A stretch of DNA of 64,000 nucleotides, taken from the NCBI GenBank assembly GCA_021852345.1, contig JAJZNL010000055.1, forward strand, positions 29,070-93,069, read 5' to 3'. The notes beneath the pieces are model-generated. The model searched no databases, was not told the origin of the DNA, and saw only the letters and a program-made list of their open reading frames with translations. Below are positions 21,083 to 30,083 of the stretch, in pieces; within the stretch, counting starts at the first letter, position 1, and every line of letters begins with the position of its first letter. The position numbers and the translations under genes were made by a program. This stretch comes from Actinomycetes bacterium (GTDB lineage: Bacteria > Actinomycetota > Acidimicrobiia > Acidimicrobiales > JABEUL01).

Positions 21083-22873
21083 CTAGTGCATTCCCATTGG
21101 CATAATGTTTTCAGGATCCGAATCTATCGGCGAATCGCCGGCAGTCGCTTTTTTGTCCGCGCTACCTGCGGCTACGTTGTGTCCGCCAATGCCAGAATAC
21201 TTTCTTAATTTAATCTCTTTAATAAACAGAGTTAAAACAAAAGTAATAATTGCAATAGGAATACCGACTACAAAGACTTTGTCCACAGAATGCGAAAAAG
21301 CTTGAATCAAGCCATGCCTAATAATAGGTGGCATGCCTTTTAATTGGTTCGGCGTAAAACTCAAAGTCTGAGAGGCATTAATTTTTGCCTTCTTTAAAAC
21401 GGCCGGTGGCAAATACTTAGGAAGCCAAACATTTAACTGACTAACCAAAACTGTTCCAAAGATAGCCGTACCGAAAGATCCTCCTAAGGATCTGAAGAAA
21501 CTCACAAGACCGGTCGAGGTTCCAATGTCTTTAATCTCAACTGCATTTTGAGTTGCCAATATCATATTCTGCATCATTAAACCAATTCCAAAACCAACAA
21601 GAATCATTCCGATGCTTAGTTCAAAATATGACGTCGAGTTTTTCAAAGTCGTAAAATACACCATGCCAGCAGTCAAAAATAGTCCGCCCACAATTGGAAA
21701 TATCTTATATTTTCCTCTTCTTGTTACTAGCTGGCCACTCCCAATTGACGCTATTAAAACTCCTACCATCAGCGGAATAAGTTCCAAACCTGATATGGTA
21801 GCAGAAGCTCCTTTAACGAGCTGAAGATAAAGGGGTAAAAATATTATGCTTCCAAACATAGCCATTGCCATCAAAAAGGTAATTGCCGACGAAAAGCTAA
21901 AGATTGAATTTTTGAACAATCTAAGTGGGACAAAAGGTTCAGAAACTTTAGTTTCGATATACAAAAATATCGCAAGTAACAGCAGACTTATAGCGATTGT
22001 TGTAATAATTTGAGACGATCCCCATGGATAGGTAATTCCTCCCCAAACCAAGGCCAGTAATAGAAGGACAACGCTTGCCGTTAAGACTGCCGCACCCATA
22101 TAATCTATCTTGTGATCTCTCCTGTGAAACGGTAGATCCAATACCGATGAGGTAACAATAAGGGCTACAATCCCAATTGGGACATTAACATAGAAAACCC
22201 ATCTCCATGAAAGATTATCTACGAAGAATCCTCCGATTAACGGACCGGCGACCGATGCAAAGCCAAAGACGGCTCCTGTATAACCCTGATATTTACCTCG
22301 TTCTCTTGGAGACACTATATCTGCTATTATGGTCATTGCCAAAGACATCAAACCGCCGCCGCCGAGACCTTGTAACCCCCTGAATGCGATAAGTTCATTC
22401 ATGTTTTGCGCAAGTCCCGACAACATGGAACCGACCAAAAAGATCACAATCGCTACCTGAAATATTAGTTTCCTACCGTACAAATCCGAAATTTTCCCAT
22501 ACAGTGGCGTCGAGACTGTCGAAGTTAACAGATAGGCGGTTACCACCCAACTGAGATGGTCAAGTCCTCCGAGGGAACCGACTATAGTCGGAAGTGCCGT
22601 TGATACAATAGTCTGATCCAAGGCCGCAAGTAGCATTCCCAACATCAAACCGCTGAACACTATTTGTATCTGCCTATGGCTCATATGTACTTTTGAAACA
22701 TCGTTAGGATCAATTTGAATCTGATCTTGTTCGTTGGAGACCACACGCCTGCCCGTTACCTCAGTGCTATCTGGTGCCTCAGTGCTATCTGGTACGAGTG
22801 TATCGTTTTGAATATCTGTCTCTGTAGACTTAGTGTCAGAGACATCGTCCCCTCGGACTTTTTTATTTGTCAT
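21083..22873 (-). CDS. MFS transporter, DHA2 (EmrB/QacA-like, 14-TM) drug:proton antiporter
   Basis: 596 aa. LDQTIVSTALPTI and GKISDLYGRK motifs. About 65 aa hydrophilic N-terminal extension. Adjacent marR. Confidence 0.85.
   Translation of the reverse strand: MTNKKVRGDDVSDTKSTETDIQNDTLVPDSTEAPDSTEVTGRRVVSNEQDQIQIDPNDVSKVHMSHRQIQIVFSGLMLGMLLAALDQTIVSTALPTIVGSLGGLDHLSWVVTAYLLTSTVSTPLYGKISDLYGRKLIFQVAIVIFLVGSMLSGLAQNMNELIAFRGLQGLGGGGLMSLAMTIIADIVSPRERGKYQGYTGAVFGFASVAGPLIGGFFVDNLSWRWVFYVNVPIGIVALIVTSSVLDLPFHRRDHKIDYMGAAVLTASVVLLLLALVWGGITYPWGSSQIITTIAISLLLLAIFLYIETKVSEPFVPLRLFKNSIFSFSSAITFLMAMAMFGSIIFLPLYLQLVKGASATISGLELIPLMVGVLIASIGSGQLVTRRGKYKIFPIVGGLFLTAGMVYFTTLKNSTSYFELSIGMILVGFGIGLMMQNMILATQNAVEIKDIGTSTGLVSFFRSLGGSFGTAIFGTVLVSQLNVWLPKYLPPAVLKKAKINASQTLSFTPNQLKGMPPIIRHGLIQAFSHSVDKVFVVGIPIAIITFVLTLFIKEIKLRKYSGIGGHNVAAGSADKKATAGDSPIDSDPENIMPMGMH
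22759..22794 (-). repeat. 18 bp x2 in-frame tandem duplication in the MFS N-terminal tail
   Basis: cctcagtgctatctggtg followed by cctcagtgctatctggta (17/18 identical), encoding PDSTEA-PDSTEV. Confidence 0.8.
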
Positions 22874-22883
22874 TCCAGTTCTG

Positions 22884-23378
22884 TTACCTTTCCAAATGGT
22901 TTCCGCAATTATTTGCTAAAACCGCGACTAACTTATCCATTAATTCAAGCAAAGTTTTCTTATCGACTTCGGGCCAATCTTTCATTGCATCCGCAATGGT
23001 GGCTTTTCGCATCTTAGAAATTTCGGCCTTATACTTTTGTCCCGCTTTGGTAGTAACCAAAAGCGAAGCTCTCTTATCGTTATCGTCTCCTGTCTTGGAC
23101 AAAAACTTTAAATCCAAAAGTGTTTTAACTTGCCTTGATACCGTCGACACATCGACACCTAATCTGCTTGCGAGATCCGAAAGCCGAATTGGTTCATTTT
23201 CACCCACAAACACCAATATCCAATATGCCGACCGATCGATTTGATGATTATTGACCGGTCTGTTCAGATTAGTAGTCATTTTCAGGCAAGATCTTCCAAG
23301 ACTACTTAGGACCTTTTCAATCGAATCCAAGAGCTCTCCAGAATCTTTATTGTCCATACCCGTATTTACCTGTGACAT
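22884..23378 (-). CDS. MarR-family transcriptional regulator
   Basis: Winged-HTH segment LSDLASRLGVDVSTVSRQVKTLLDLKFLSKTGDDNDKR. 10 bp upstream of the DHA2 pump. Confidence 0.85.
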   Translation of the reverse strand: MSQVNTGMDNKDSGELLDSIEKVLSSLGRSCLKMTTNLNRPVNNHQIDRSAYWILVFVGENEPIRLSDLASRLGVDVSTVSRQVKTLLDLKFLSKTGDDNDKRASLLVTTKAGQKYKAEISKMRKATIADAMKDWPEVDKKTLLELMDKLVAVLANNCGNHLER

Positions 23379-23467
23379 TTATCATCGGCATGATTTGAGA
23401 CGACCATTTTTGAAGCGACCATTGCTAAACACCAAATTTATTTGCTTTTAATAATCTATTATAGCAT

Positions 23468-23492
23468 ATAGTTGCTTGTATCATACAACTAT
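23468..23492. promoter_or_regulatory. Inverted repeat ATAGTTG-N11-CAACTAT, candidate MarR operator
   Basis: 7 bp perfect arms in the divergent marR / 23517 promoter region. The operator role is inference only. Confidence 0.25.
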
Positions 23493-23516
23493 TTTGTAGA
23501 TTAGAAATACTGCCTG

Positions 23517-24683
23517 TTGTCGACATCTAACTCAAAAATATATAGATACCTTTGGTTCGTCGGTCGTCATTTATACAAACCAAGATTTGTCTTTAATGCT
23601 GTGTATTGTGATACCCTTTATATTGTGAATCAAATCGGACTTTTAGGGGGAACCGGATATACCGGACGTTTGGTAGTAAAAGAACTTTTAGCTCAGAAGA
23701 TTCCTTTTGCCGTAGGAATTAGAAACGAATCAAAATTATATGAAGTTCTTGACGAATCGTCGCTAAATGAACTTAAGTCAAATCCGGATGAATACCAAGT
23801 AGTTAGCGTAGACGTTACCGATGAGGATTCTCTAAAAAGATTTTACGAAAAAATCGATACCGTAATTTCGACGGTGGGTCCGTTTTGCAAATTAGGCAAA
23901 TTGCCAGTCGTGGTAGCTAACGAAACCAAAACCAACTACATAGATTCAACCGGTGAGCCCGAATTTATGAAATGGATATATAACAATTTTAACCCTGAAC
24001 AAAATTTTATAGTTCCTGCATGCGGTTTTGATTATCTTCCCGGAGATCTGATCAGTAATAAATGCCTGTCAGATTTAGATGAAAACGAACATGCAAGCAT
24101 TGAGATAACTTATGTCATTTCTCATTGGATACCGACCAGAGGAACTGCAGAAAGTGCCATTATGGCCTTTGTCAATTCGGATGACCCAGGCAAAATTGAC
24201 GAAATCAGCTTTTTGGATAAGAATCTTTCACGGCTGAAGATCCCGTGGGGTGAAAAGACAACTGTAGGACTTCATCACCCAAATGCCGATGTTTCATGTT
24301 ATGTAAGCGTTAACAAAATGGTGGGAGAGGTCCTTAAATTCATGACTCCTTTGACAAGATTGGCTATTCCGCTGCTTGAAAAATCTACAAAGTTTTTACC
24401 TGAAGGACCTAATGCGGATCGCAGAAGAAAAGCAACATACGATATATACGTCAAAGCTACTGCAGGTTCAAATTCGTCCTACGGAATTTTTAACGGAATA
24501 GACATATATGGGACCACGGCAATTATGTTAATTTTGTCGGCTCAAAATGCAAGCGGAATCGGAACGATGGCTCCAAGTCAAGCATTTGACACACTGACTA
24601 TGCTCAAAGATATTTCAAATTTTGAAGTCAAATCAGATGACTTAAAAGGAGCCACCTGTAACTACAGCTTTGTTAAACCATAG
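23517..24683 (+). CDS. Saccharopine dehydrogenase-like NAD(P)-binding oxidoreductase
   Basis: IGLLGGTGYTGRLVVKELL Rossmann motif. Likely true start is GTG at 23625 (VNQIGLLGGTG), because the first 36 codons look non-native. Confidence 0.7.
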   Translation: MSTSNSKIYRYLWFVGRHLYKPRFVFNAVYCDTLYIVNQIGLLGGTGYTGRLVVKELLAQKIPFAVGIRNESKLYEVLDESSLNELKSNPDEYQVVSVDVTDEDSLKRFYEKIDTVISTVGPFCKLGKLPVVVANETKTNYIDSTGEPEFMKWIYNNFNPEQNFIVPACGFDYLPGDLISNKCLSDLDENEHASIEITYVISHWIPTRGTAESAIMAFVNSDDPGKIDEISFLDKNLSRLKIPWGEKTTVGLHHPNADVSCYVSVNKMVGEVLKFMTPLTRLAIPLLEKSTKFLPEGPNADRRRKATYDIYVKATAGSNSSYGIFNGIDIYGTTAIMLILSAQNASGIGTMAPSQAFDTLTMLKDISNFEVKSDDLKGATCNYSFVKP

Positions 24684-24798
24684 CAAAAGTGCGATTTTAA
24701 AATATCAAAACAACCGATTTCGATTTTAAAAAATAAACAACTTAAACTTTAATAGTTAAAGTTTGATTAACAGTCACGAAACTTAAATCAGTGCGACA

Positions 24799-25911
24799 TC
24801 AAACCTTCGTGGCTGTGAAGTTTGTTAAATAAAAATAATCCTGACTGCTGCCGTTTACAGTTTGTTTAACAGTTGATACTGTTGCACTGACAGAATAGAT
24901 TCCACCAGCTAAACCTAATTCAGCCTGCATATTCATGGAACTCACATTGCTTCCCGTGCCTGCAATCGTAACTATCATTGCCTTATAGTATCCCGAAACA
25001 GAGTCCCCGTTAAACTGCGAGGGATAGGCCACGTTTTTCGAAAAATCGGCAAACCAACTGGAATTTGAATACTTTAGAGAATCAATAATTCCAAACCAAA
25101 TTTCCAGGGCGCTAGCTTCATAATTCATTGGAGCATTTGTTTGCAAAAAAGTCGGATTTAAATTTCCGCTAGTTAGCATCTCGCCCATCGGTTGAGTATT
25201 GTTAGTCAAGCTCAAGCCCAAATTTGACAGAGCTGGCGGTATGTTCACGTTCGGAGCTGGCGGAAAGTTTGGGATTACCAACTGTTTTAAACTTGGTTGC
25301 GTTTTGACAACCTGAGTATCCACCAGCAGCCTTGTGTTAGTATAAGCCAGAGTATTAACTGGCCAACATGTTTCTAAGATTGTTCCGTTGTAAGGCAGGT
25401 CATAAACGGTCGTACTGGTAGTAACTACCTGTGAGGTAGTTACCTTTAGTACCGTTTCTGTTTGACAGGGCACGTAATAGTCAACTTCCGCTCCAGCCTT
25501 AAGTTGATTTAAATCCCAAAATTGCGCAACGTCGTGTGCACTCAATTCAGAAGTTCCAGGCTGATTAGGCCAAGCTGTAGATACATTGTGCCCTACCGCA
25601 ACGGCAATGACGCTATCGGAAACGCCGTCTGTAACCGGTGCAATCATCGACAATGAAGGAATTTCCAAAACTCCAACCAACGGTAAATTGCTGTTTGGAA
25701 TGGTGGGTGCGCTACAGCTAGGTGGTTTAGTTACAGTTGTAGTTACTTTAACAGCCACTTTTTTAATGGGTGCAGACCCACCGCCTCCTGTTATCATCGT
25801 TCCGATCAAAATACCGACAACCAACAACAGTACACCAAAAATAGCAAAATACAATATTGTCTTGTTGGTTATCTTATTCTTTGAACTTGTTTGATTTGGT
25901 GAATCGACCAT
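24799..25911 (-). CDS. Membrane-anchored sortase-like transpeptidase with a ~165 aa C-terminal extension
   Basis: N-terminal TM (ILYFAIFGVLLLVVGILIGTMI). Sortase pattern LEIPSLSMIAPVTDG...GHNVSTAWPNQPGTSELSAHD...LKAGAEV...ILETCWP...NTRLLV, giving His/Cys/Arg candidates. The C-terminal domain is of unknown family. Confidence 0.6.
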   Translation of the reverse strand: MVDSPNQTSSKNKITNKTILYFAIFGVLLLVVGILIGTMITGGGGSAPIKKVAVKVTTTVTKPPSCSAPTIPNSNLPLVGVLEIPSLSMIAPVTDGVSDSVIAVAVGHNVSTAWPNQPGTSELSAHDVAQFWDLNQLKAGAEVDYYVPCQTETVLKVTTSQVVTTSTTVYDLPYNGTILETCWPVNTLAYTNTRLLVDTQVVKTQPSLKQLVIPNFPPAPNVNIPPALSNLGLSLTNNTQPMGEMLTSGNLNPTFLQTNAPMNYEASALEIWFGIIDSLKYSNSSWFADFSKNVAYPSQFNGDSVSGYYKAMIVTIAGTGSNVSSMNMQAELGLAGGIYSVSATVSTVKQTVNGSSQDYFYLTNFTATKV

Positions 25912-26103
25912 TAATATAAATTTTAGTATGATCAGGGGAGCTAAATTAACTCACTTTGACAATGAAAATCGCCCGCTTAAAGTCTCATCTACGTTTTTAG
26001 CCGTTAGTTGGCTGCTTTAAAAGTTTACTTTTTATCTGCTAGATAGACAATACCTGATGGCTAATTCCGCTGCAAGTCAAATTCAAGTTTCGCTAAGCCA
26101 ACT

Positions 26104-26712
26104 TTAGGACCAACTAAGCGGCACGCAATTTTGCGGCTTGTGGCCTATGAGCTCAATCAATTCAAGTTCCGAAACTGGATAGCCTCCCCAAGCATCTACT
26201 CCAACGTTAATCATCTTATCCATTACTCTCCACTTCTCGTGAACATGGCCGTGCAAGAGCCATAATCCTGCATCTACAGGTCTACACTCAACGAAACGTT
26301 CTTCATCTCTGCTGTCTCCGCGATAGGGGAAATGATCTACAAGAACTTTGACCCCAGCTAAATCGAATTCAAAGGATCCTTCAATTATGTTTAAACCAAC
26401 ATCTTCGTATCTTTCCATCCAGTTCGTTGAAGTGTCACGATGTTTTTTCTTCAAGTTGCCCCTCCAACATCTGTCATGATTACCTGGCACTAAAACTTTT
26501 TTGCCGTGTAATTCGGTAACCAAATTGAGTGTTTGGTCAATTTTACCCATTGCAATGTCACCCAAAACGTAGACCTCATCCACTGGAGCTACCTTGTGGT
26601 TCCATCGCCGAATTAAATCTTCATTCATTTCATCCACATTTTCATATGGGCGACCTGCATATAAACATATATTTGTATGTCCGAAATGTAAATCCGCTGT
26701 AAACCACCTCAT
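26104..26712 (-). CDS. Metallophosphoesterase (calcineurin-like)
   Basis: DLHFGH, GDIAMG, GNHD and GHVH motifs. ATG at 26712 (MRWFTADLHFGH) preferred over the track TTG at 26766. Confidence 0.85.
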   Translation of the reverse strand: MRWFTADLHFGHTNICLYAGRPYENVDEMNEDLIRRWNHKVAPVDEVYVLGDIAMGKIDQTLNLVTELHGKKVLVPGNHDRCWRGNLKKKHRDTSTNWMERYEDVGLNIIEGSFEFDLAGVKVLVDHFPYRGDSRDEERFVECRPVDAGLWLLHGHVHEKWRVMDKMINVGVDAWGGYPVSELELIELIGHKPQNCVPLSWS

Positions 26713-27060
26713 AGCTGGCTCGCCAGAACCAAAACGAATATTCTGTGTCTCATTACCATTCCTCAATATTACAATTTAAAACGATCGCATTAAATGACAA
26801 CTACCACCTATTTTATGTAGATTTGTCATAAATGCTCGGTTGCTTTAAAGTCTACCTGCAAATAGATAACCCGAACTTTCAATCAACAACTGAATAGATC
26901 GGTACTGGTCAAATAGGACCTAATTGCTTGGAAGCGAAATTAATGTCGGAACCTTAATTTATTAACTGAACCTTCAGCCCAACGGATTAATTAGCTCGCT
27001 TAAATATTTAATTTAAGTTGTGAGCAAATTTAACACGTGACCGTTTGCTAAGGTAAAGCT

Positions 27061-28098
27061 ATGGTTACAAAACGAATTAACAATCAAAACTCCACACCAG
27101 TTTCAAAAACAACCACCGTCGCCCGTCCTTCAACTGGATTAGGCACAGGTCGACAGCAAAATAAAGCGGTTACAAAAACAACTCCAAAACGAGTTACCCA
27201 AACTACATCAAAAAGCACCGGGATACAAAAGACCGTCGCTAAAAATCAACTTACTAGAGCAAGTAAAGCCACGGTTAGTAAAACCACTACAAGTAAAGCT
27301 GTTGCACCGAGAAAAGCTGCGACAAAGAGTTTACCGAGCAAGACTCAACTGCCAAGTTCATTGGCAACACTCACCTTTGACATTGGAGGAACGGGCCTTA
27401 AGGCATCGTTGGTCTCCGATACCGGCAAACTCTTACACGAGAGACTCAGGGTACCTACACCATACCCGTGCTATCCTGAAACACTGGTGGAAAATCTCAT
27501 AAAGCTATCGACGCAACTCCCCAAAGCAGACAGGGTAGCCGTAGGGTTTCCCGGAATGGTACGAAATGGCATAGTGCTCACCGCACCAAATCTTTCGCTT
27601 CCCAAAGGCCCGGGCAAGTCAAAAAAACCATCTAAAAAAATAGCTGATATGTACAGCGGCTTTAATCTCAAACAACAATTGGAAAAAAGTCTCAGCCTTG
27701 AAGTCCACGTCGTAAACGATGCGGACTTAGCAGGCGCCGGCGCAATCAAAGGGCGCGGGCTAGAAATTGTGGCTACTCTCGGCACCGGTTTTGGAACGGG
27801 GATGTTCTTTAATGGTAAATTACTGCCTCACATGGAAATAGCCCATTTGAATTTTAAAAACAATAAGTCATTTGATGAAATAATTGGCGATGCGGCCCGC
27901 AAATCTATGAAAATTAACAAGTGGTCAAAATTAGTTTTGGAGGCATTGGATATTCTCTATAGCCTGACACACTACGACCATTTGTATTTAGGAGGAGGAA
28001 ATGCTTCAAGAATCAGCGTTAAACTTCCGTCAAACACAACGATTATCACAAATTTAGCAGCGATTAAAGGCGGGCCTAAGCTGTTTGAAGCAATATAA
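27061..28098 (+). CDS. ppgK: Polyphosphate glucokinase (ROK family) with a ~100 aa basic T/K/S-rich N-terminal extension
   Basis: LTFDIGGTGLKASLV and VVNDADLAGAG ROK/PPGK motifs. Residues 1-100 are low complexity (TKTT, SKAT, KAATK). Confidence 0.85.
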   Translation: MVTKRINNQNSTPVSKTTTVARPSTGLGTGRQQNKAVTKTTPKRVTQTTSKSTGIQKTVAKNQLTRASKATVSKTTTSKAVAPRKAATKSLPSKTQLPSSLATLTFDIGGTGLKASLVSDTGKLLHERLRVPTPYPCYPETLVENLIKLSTQLPKADRVAVGFPGMVRNGIVLTAPNLSLPKGPGKSKKPSKKIADMYSGFNLKQQLEKSLSLEVHVVNDADLAGAGAIKGRGLEIVATLGTGFGTGMFFNGKLLPHMEIAHLNFKNNKSFDEIIGDAARKSMKINKWSKLVLEALDILYSLTHYDHLYLGGGNASRISVKLPSNTTIITNLAAIKGGPKLFEAI

Positions 28099-28297
28099 AG
28101 CCGTAATTTAATTAGCGGAATCTTGAGCTCAATGACTGATTGCAAGAAGTCCGTAATAAACTATGATATTAACAAACTATTACGATCCCCGTTTTTAATT
28201 AACTTTAAAGTAAAGCGGTTTTAGGATATAAGCAATATATATAGGTTGATAAACATTTAAAATGTTGTCAGATTAATTTTTTTAGGTAGTTAACTTT

Positions 28298-28711
28298 ATG
28301 AAATCAGACTTATTGGAAGCACGAAACACGCTTAATCAAGTTTCGGTTGCAGACAAGTGCGCCTGTAAATTATTGGCAATTAAATCCATTAAAAAACAAT
28401 CCAGACAAGAGGAAGACAAAGCCCAAAGAATATTTTCAATATCAATCGTTATCTCGGGCCTGAGGTGTCTGCTCAGCTATATAATATTTCCCTTTATCCT
28501 TCCGTTCATCGGAATTGCTGGTAACTTTACTCCATACGTGGGACTAATTATCGGTATTGTTGCATTGGTGTTTGATGTAATAGGGATCAGACGATTCTTT
28601 ATCGCTCAACACAGATTGAGATGGATGATCTCGGTAATTTATGTAGGCGTAATGACTTTGGTATGTATTCTTATTGGAATAGACCTGTCCAATATCTTGT
28701 CCAAATTATAA
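28298..28711 (+). CDS. Small integral membrane protein, unknown function
   Basis: 137 aa with three predicted hydrophobic helices after a hydrophilic N-terminus. No family recognised. Confidence 0.55.
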   Translation: MKSDLLEARNTLNQVSVADKCACKLLAIKSIKKQSRQEEDKAQRIFSISIVISGLRCLLSYIIFPFILPFIGIAGNFTPYVGLIIGIVALVFDVIGIRRFFIAQHRLRWMISVIYVGVMTLVCILIGIDLSNILSKL

Positions 28712-28845
28712 CTTTACATTAGTTATGCTGTAATTACCGTTACATCAACTGAGCATTTCACCGTATTCAGGTTTATCTCAAATTGGATTACCTGGCAAAT
28801 ATAGATAGCGAACGACCAAATCCACAGTTGACTAAAATATCTTAG

Positions 28846-29487
28846 ATGAATGACGAATCTCCAAAAGTAATCGATTTCTTCTTTGACCCGGTATGCCCAT
28901 GGGCCTGGATAACTTCAAGATGGGCAGTGAATCTGACTGACCTTATCGACCTAAGCATAAACTGGAAATATGTATCTCTAAAATTACTCAACGAAGTCAG
29001 AACCGATGAGGATTACACCGACGATTACAAAAGGATACACAAACTTGGGCTGGAACTTCATAGAATAATTGAAGCATATTCACAAAAAGAGGGACCAGAA
29101 ATGCGCGGTACGCTTTATTCCGTTTTCGGCTTTAAAATTCATAACATGTCGCAAAGAACCGAACTTTTTTCTATTGACAATATTAAATCCTTGCTTAAAG
29201 ACAACAAACTTGACCCCAATTTTGCCGAATTCGCTAATGACACGACCCTGGATGAAACAATTATTAAAGAAACTAACCTAGCGATTCAAAGGGCAGGACA
29301 AAATTTGGGGACTCCGATAATATCGTTTAACCCGCCAAACGGATATTCATTTTTCGGACCCGTGATAAGCAACATTCCCAAAGGACAAGACGCCGTAAAT
29401 CTTTTTAACGCTGTGTATACCATAGCTACAATAACTGGATTCTCCGAACTCAAACGAGAGATAAGAGAAGAGCGAAATTTTGATTAA
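28846..29487 (+). CDS. DsbA-like thioredoxin-fold protein, Rv2466c (mycoredoxin-2) family, monothiol CPWA variant
   Basis: DFFFDPVCPWAWITSRW aligns with the Rv2466c-type CPWC active-site segment as I recall it. LGTPIISF...FFGPVISNIPKG and the C-terminal ELKRE motifs are also family-like. Confidence 0.75.
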   Translation: MNDESPKVIDFFFDPVCPWAWITSRWAVNLTDLIDLSINWKYVSLKLLNEVRTDEDYTDDYKRIHKLGLELHRIIEAYSQKEGPEMRGTLYSVFGFKIHNMSQRTELFSIDNIKSLLKDNKLDPNFAEFANDTTLDETIIKETNLAIQRAGQNLGTPIISFNPPNGYSFFGPVISNIPKGQDAVNLFNAVYTIATITGFSELKREIREERNFD

Positions 29488-29623
29488 CGAAAGAGCTTAA
29501 TTGCCAATTGCCAATAGGCGATAAGCCAAATAATTTATTCAACAATCCCTAGATTCTCCTTTGTAATTCAATAAATTAAAAACCATTTATGGCAAGTTCC
29601 AGTTAATCGACCTGAGATATCTA

Positions 29624-29637
29624 TGATAAATTTATCA
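29624..29637. promoter_or_regulatory. 14 bp perfect palindrome TGATAAATTTATCA next to a TATAAT hexamer
   Basis: Palindrome read directly. TATAAT at 29641-29646 lies immediately 3' on the plus strand. Half-sites resemble Fur-type GATAAT repeats, but that is resemblance only. Confidence 0.3.
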
Positions 29638-29778
29638 TCATATAATCAATCGTGTCATAATGTTAGTTATTCCTAGTTACAATAAATAACATTAAACACG
29701 TAGATATTACGCCACCTGCACTTGAAGCTATATGAATAAAGTCAACTAGAGCAGATTAAACGTTGGTACTCCAAACAT

Positions 29779-30016
29779 AAATGTGGGTAAACGTTAGGGA
29801 TAACGGATCATATTTAATGCATTTGATACAGGCGTTGTCTGATGGGCGTTACCTCAATGGGCACGATGCCTGCCCTTTTGATTGCTTAAAACAAGATGCG
29901 GCAAGAGGAATGCAAATTGCAAACTTGACCGATTAGCGTTAGAACCCTTGTCCCACAAGGGAATAGCTGCATCTGGGCAATGGCTTCCATTTACTTGTAC
30001 GCAAGTACCCACATTT
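29779..30016. ncRNA. Candidate structured RNA of unknown family; strand undetermined
   Basis: 11 bp perfect long-range complement: AAATGTGGGTA (29779-29789) with TACCCACATTT (30006-30016). It encloses local hairpins at 29859-29875, 29945-29961, 29979-29991 and 29992-30007 (UACG loop). The segment looks GC-richer than the flanking AT-rich spacer, lies in a 596 bp convergent gap, and has no credible ORF. Confidence 0.35.
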
Positions 30017-30083
30017 ATCCCTGAAGATCCTCATTTATCTAACCGACGTAAGTATACCTCTTCGTACACAACAGCTAAGTCCG

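Noticed and set aside
29821-29880. RNase P RNA-like string on the minus strand: GGGCAGG..GTGCC..AGGTAACGCC resembles the conserved bacterial RNase P segment GGGCAGGGUGCCAGGUAACGCC.
   Set aside because: The near-invariant GAGGAAAGUCC (P4) element is absent upstream on either strand. So are the 3' ACAGAAnnCGGCUUA-type element and an AGGGUGAAA-type module. The usable region is also short for RNase P. I treat it as coincidental or unclassified rather than calling rnpB.
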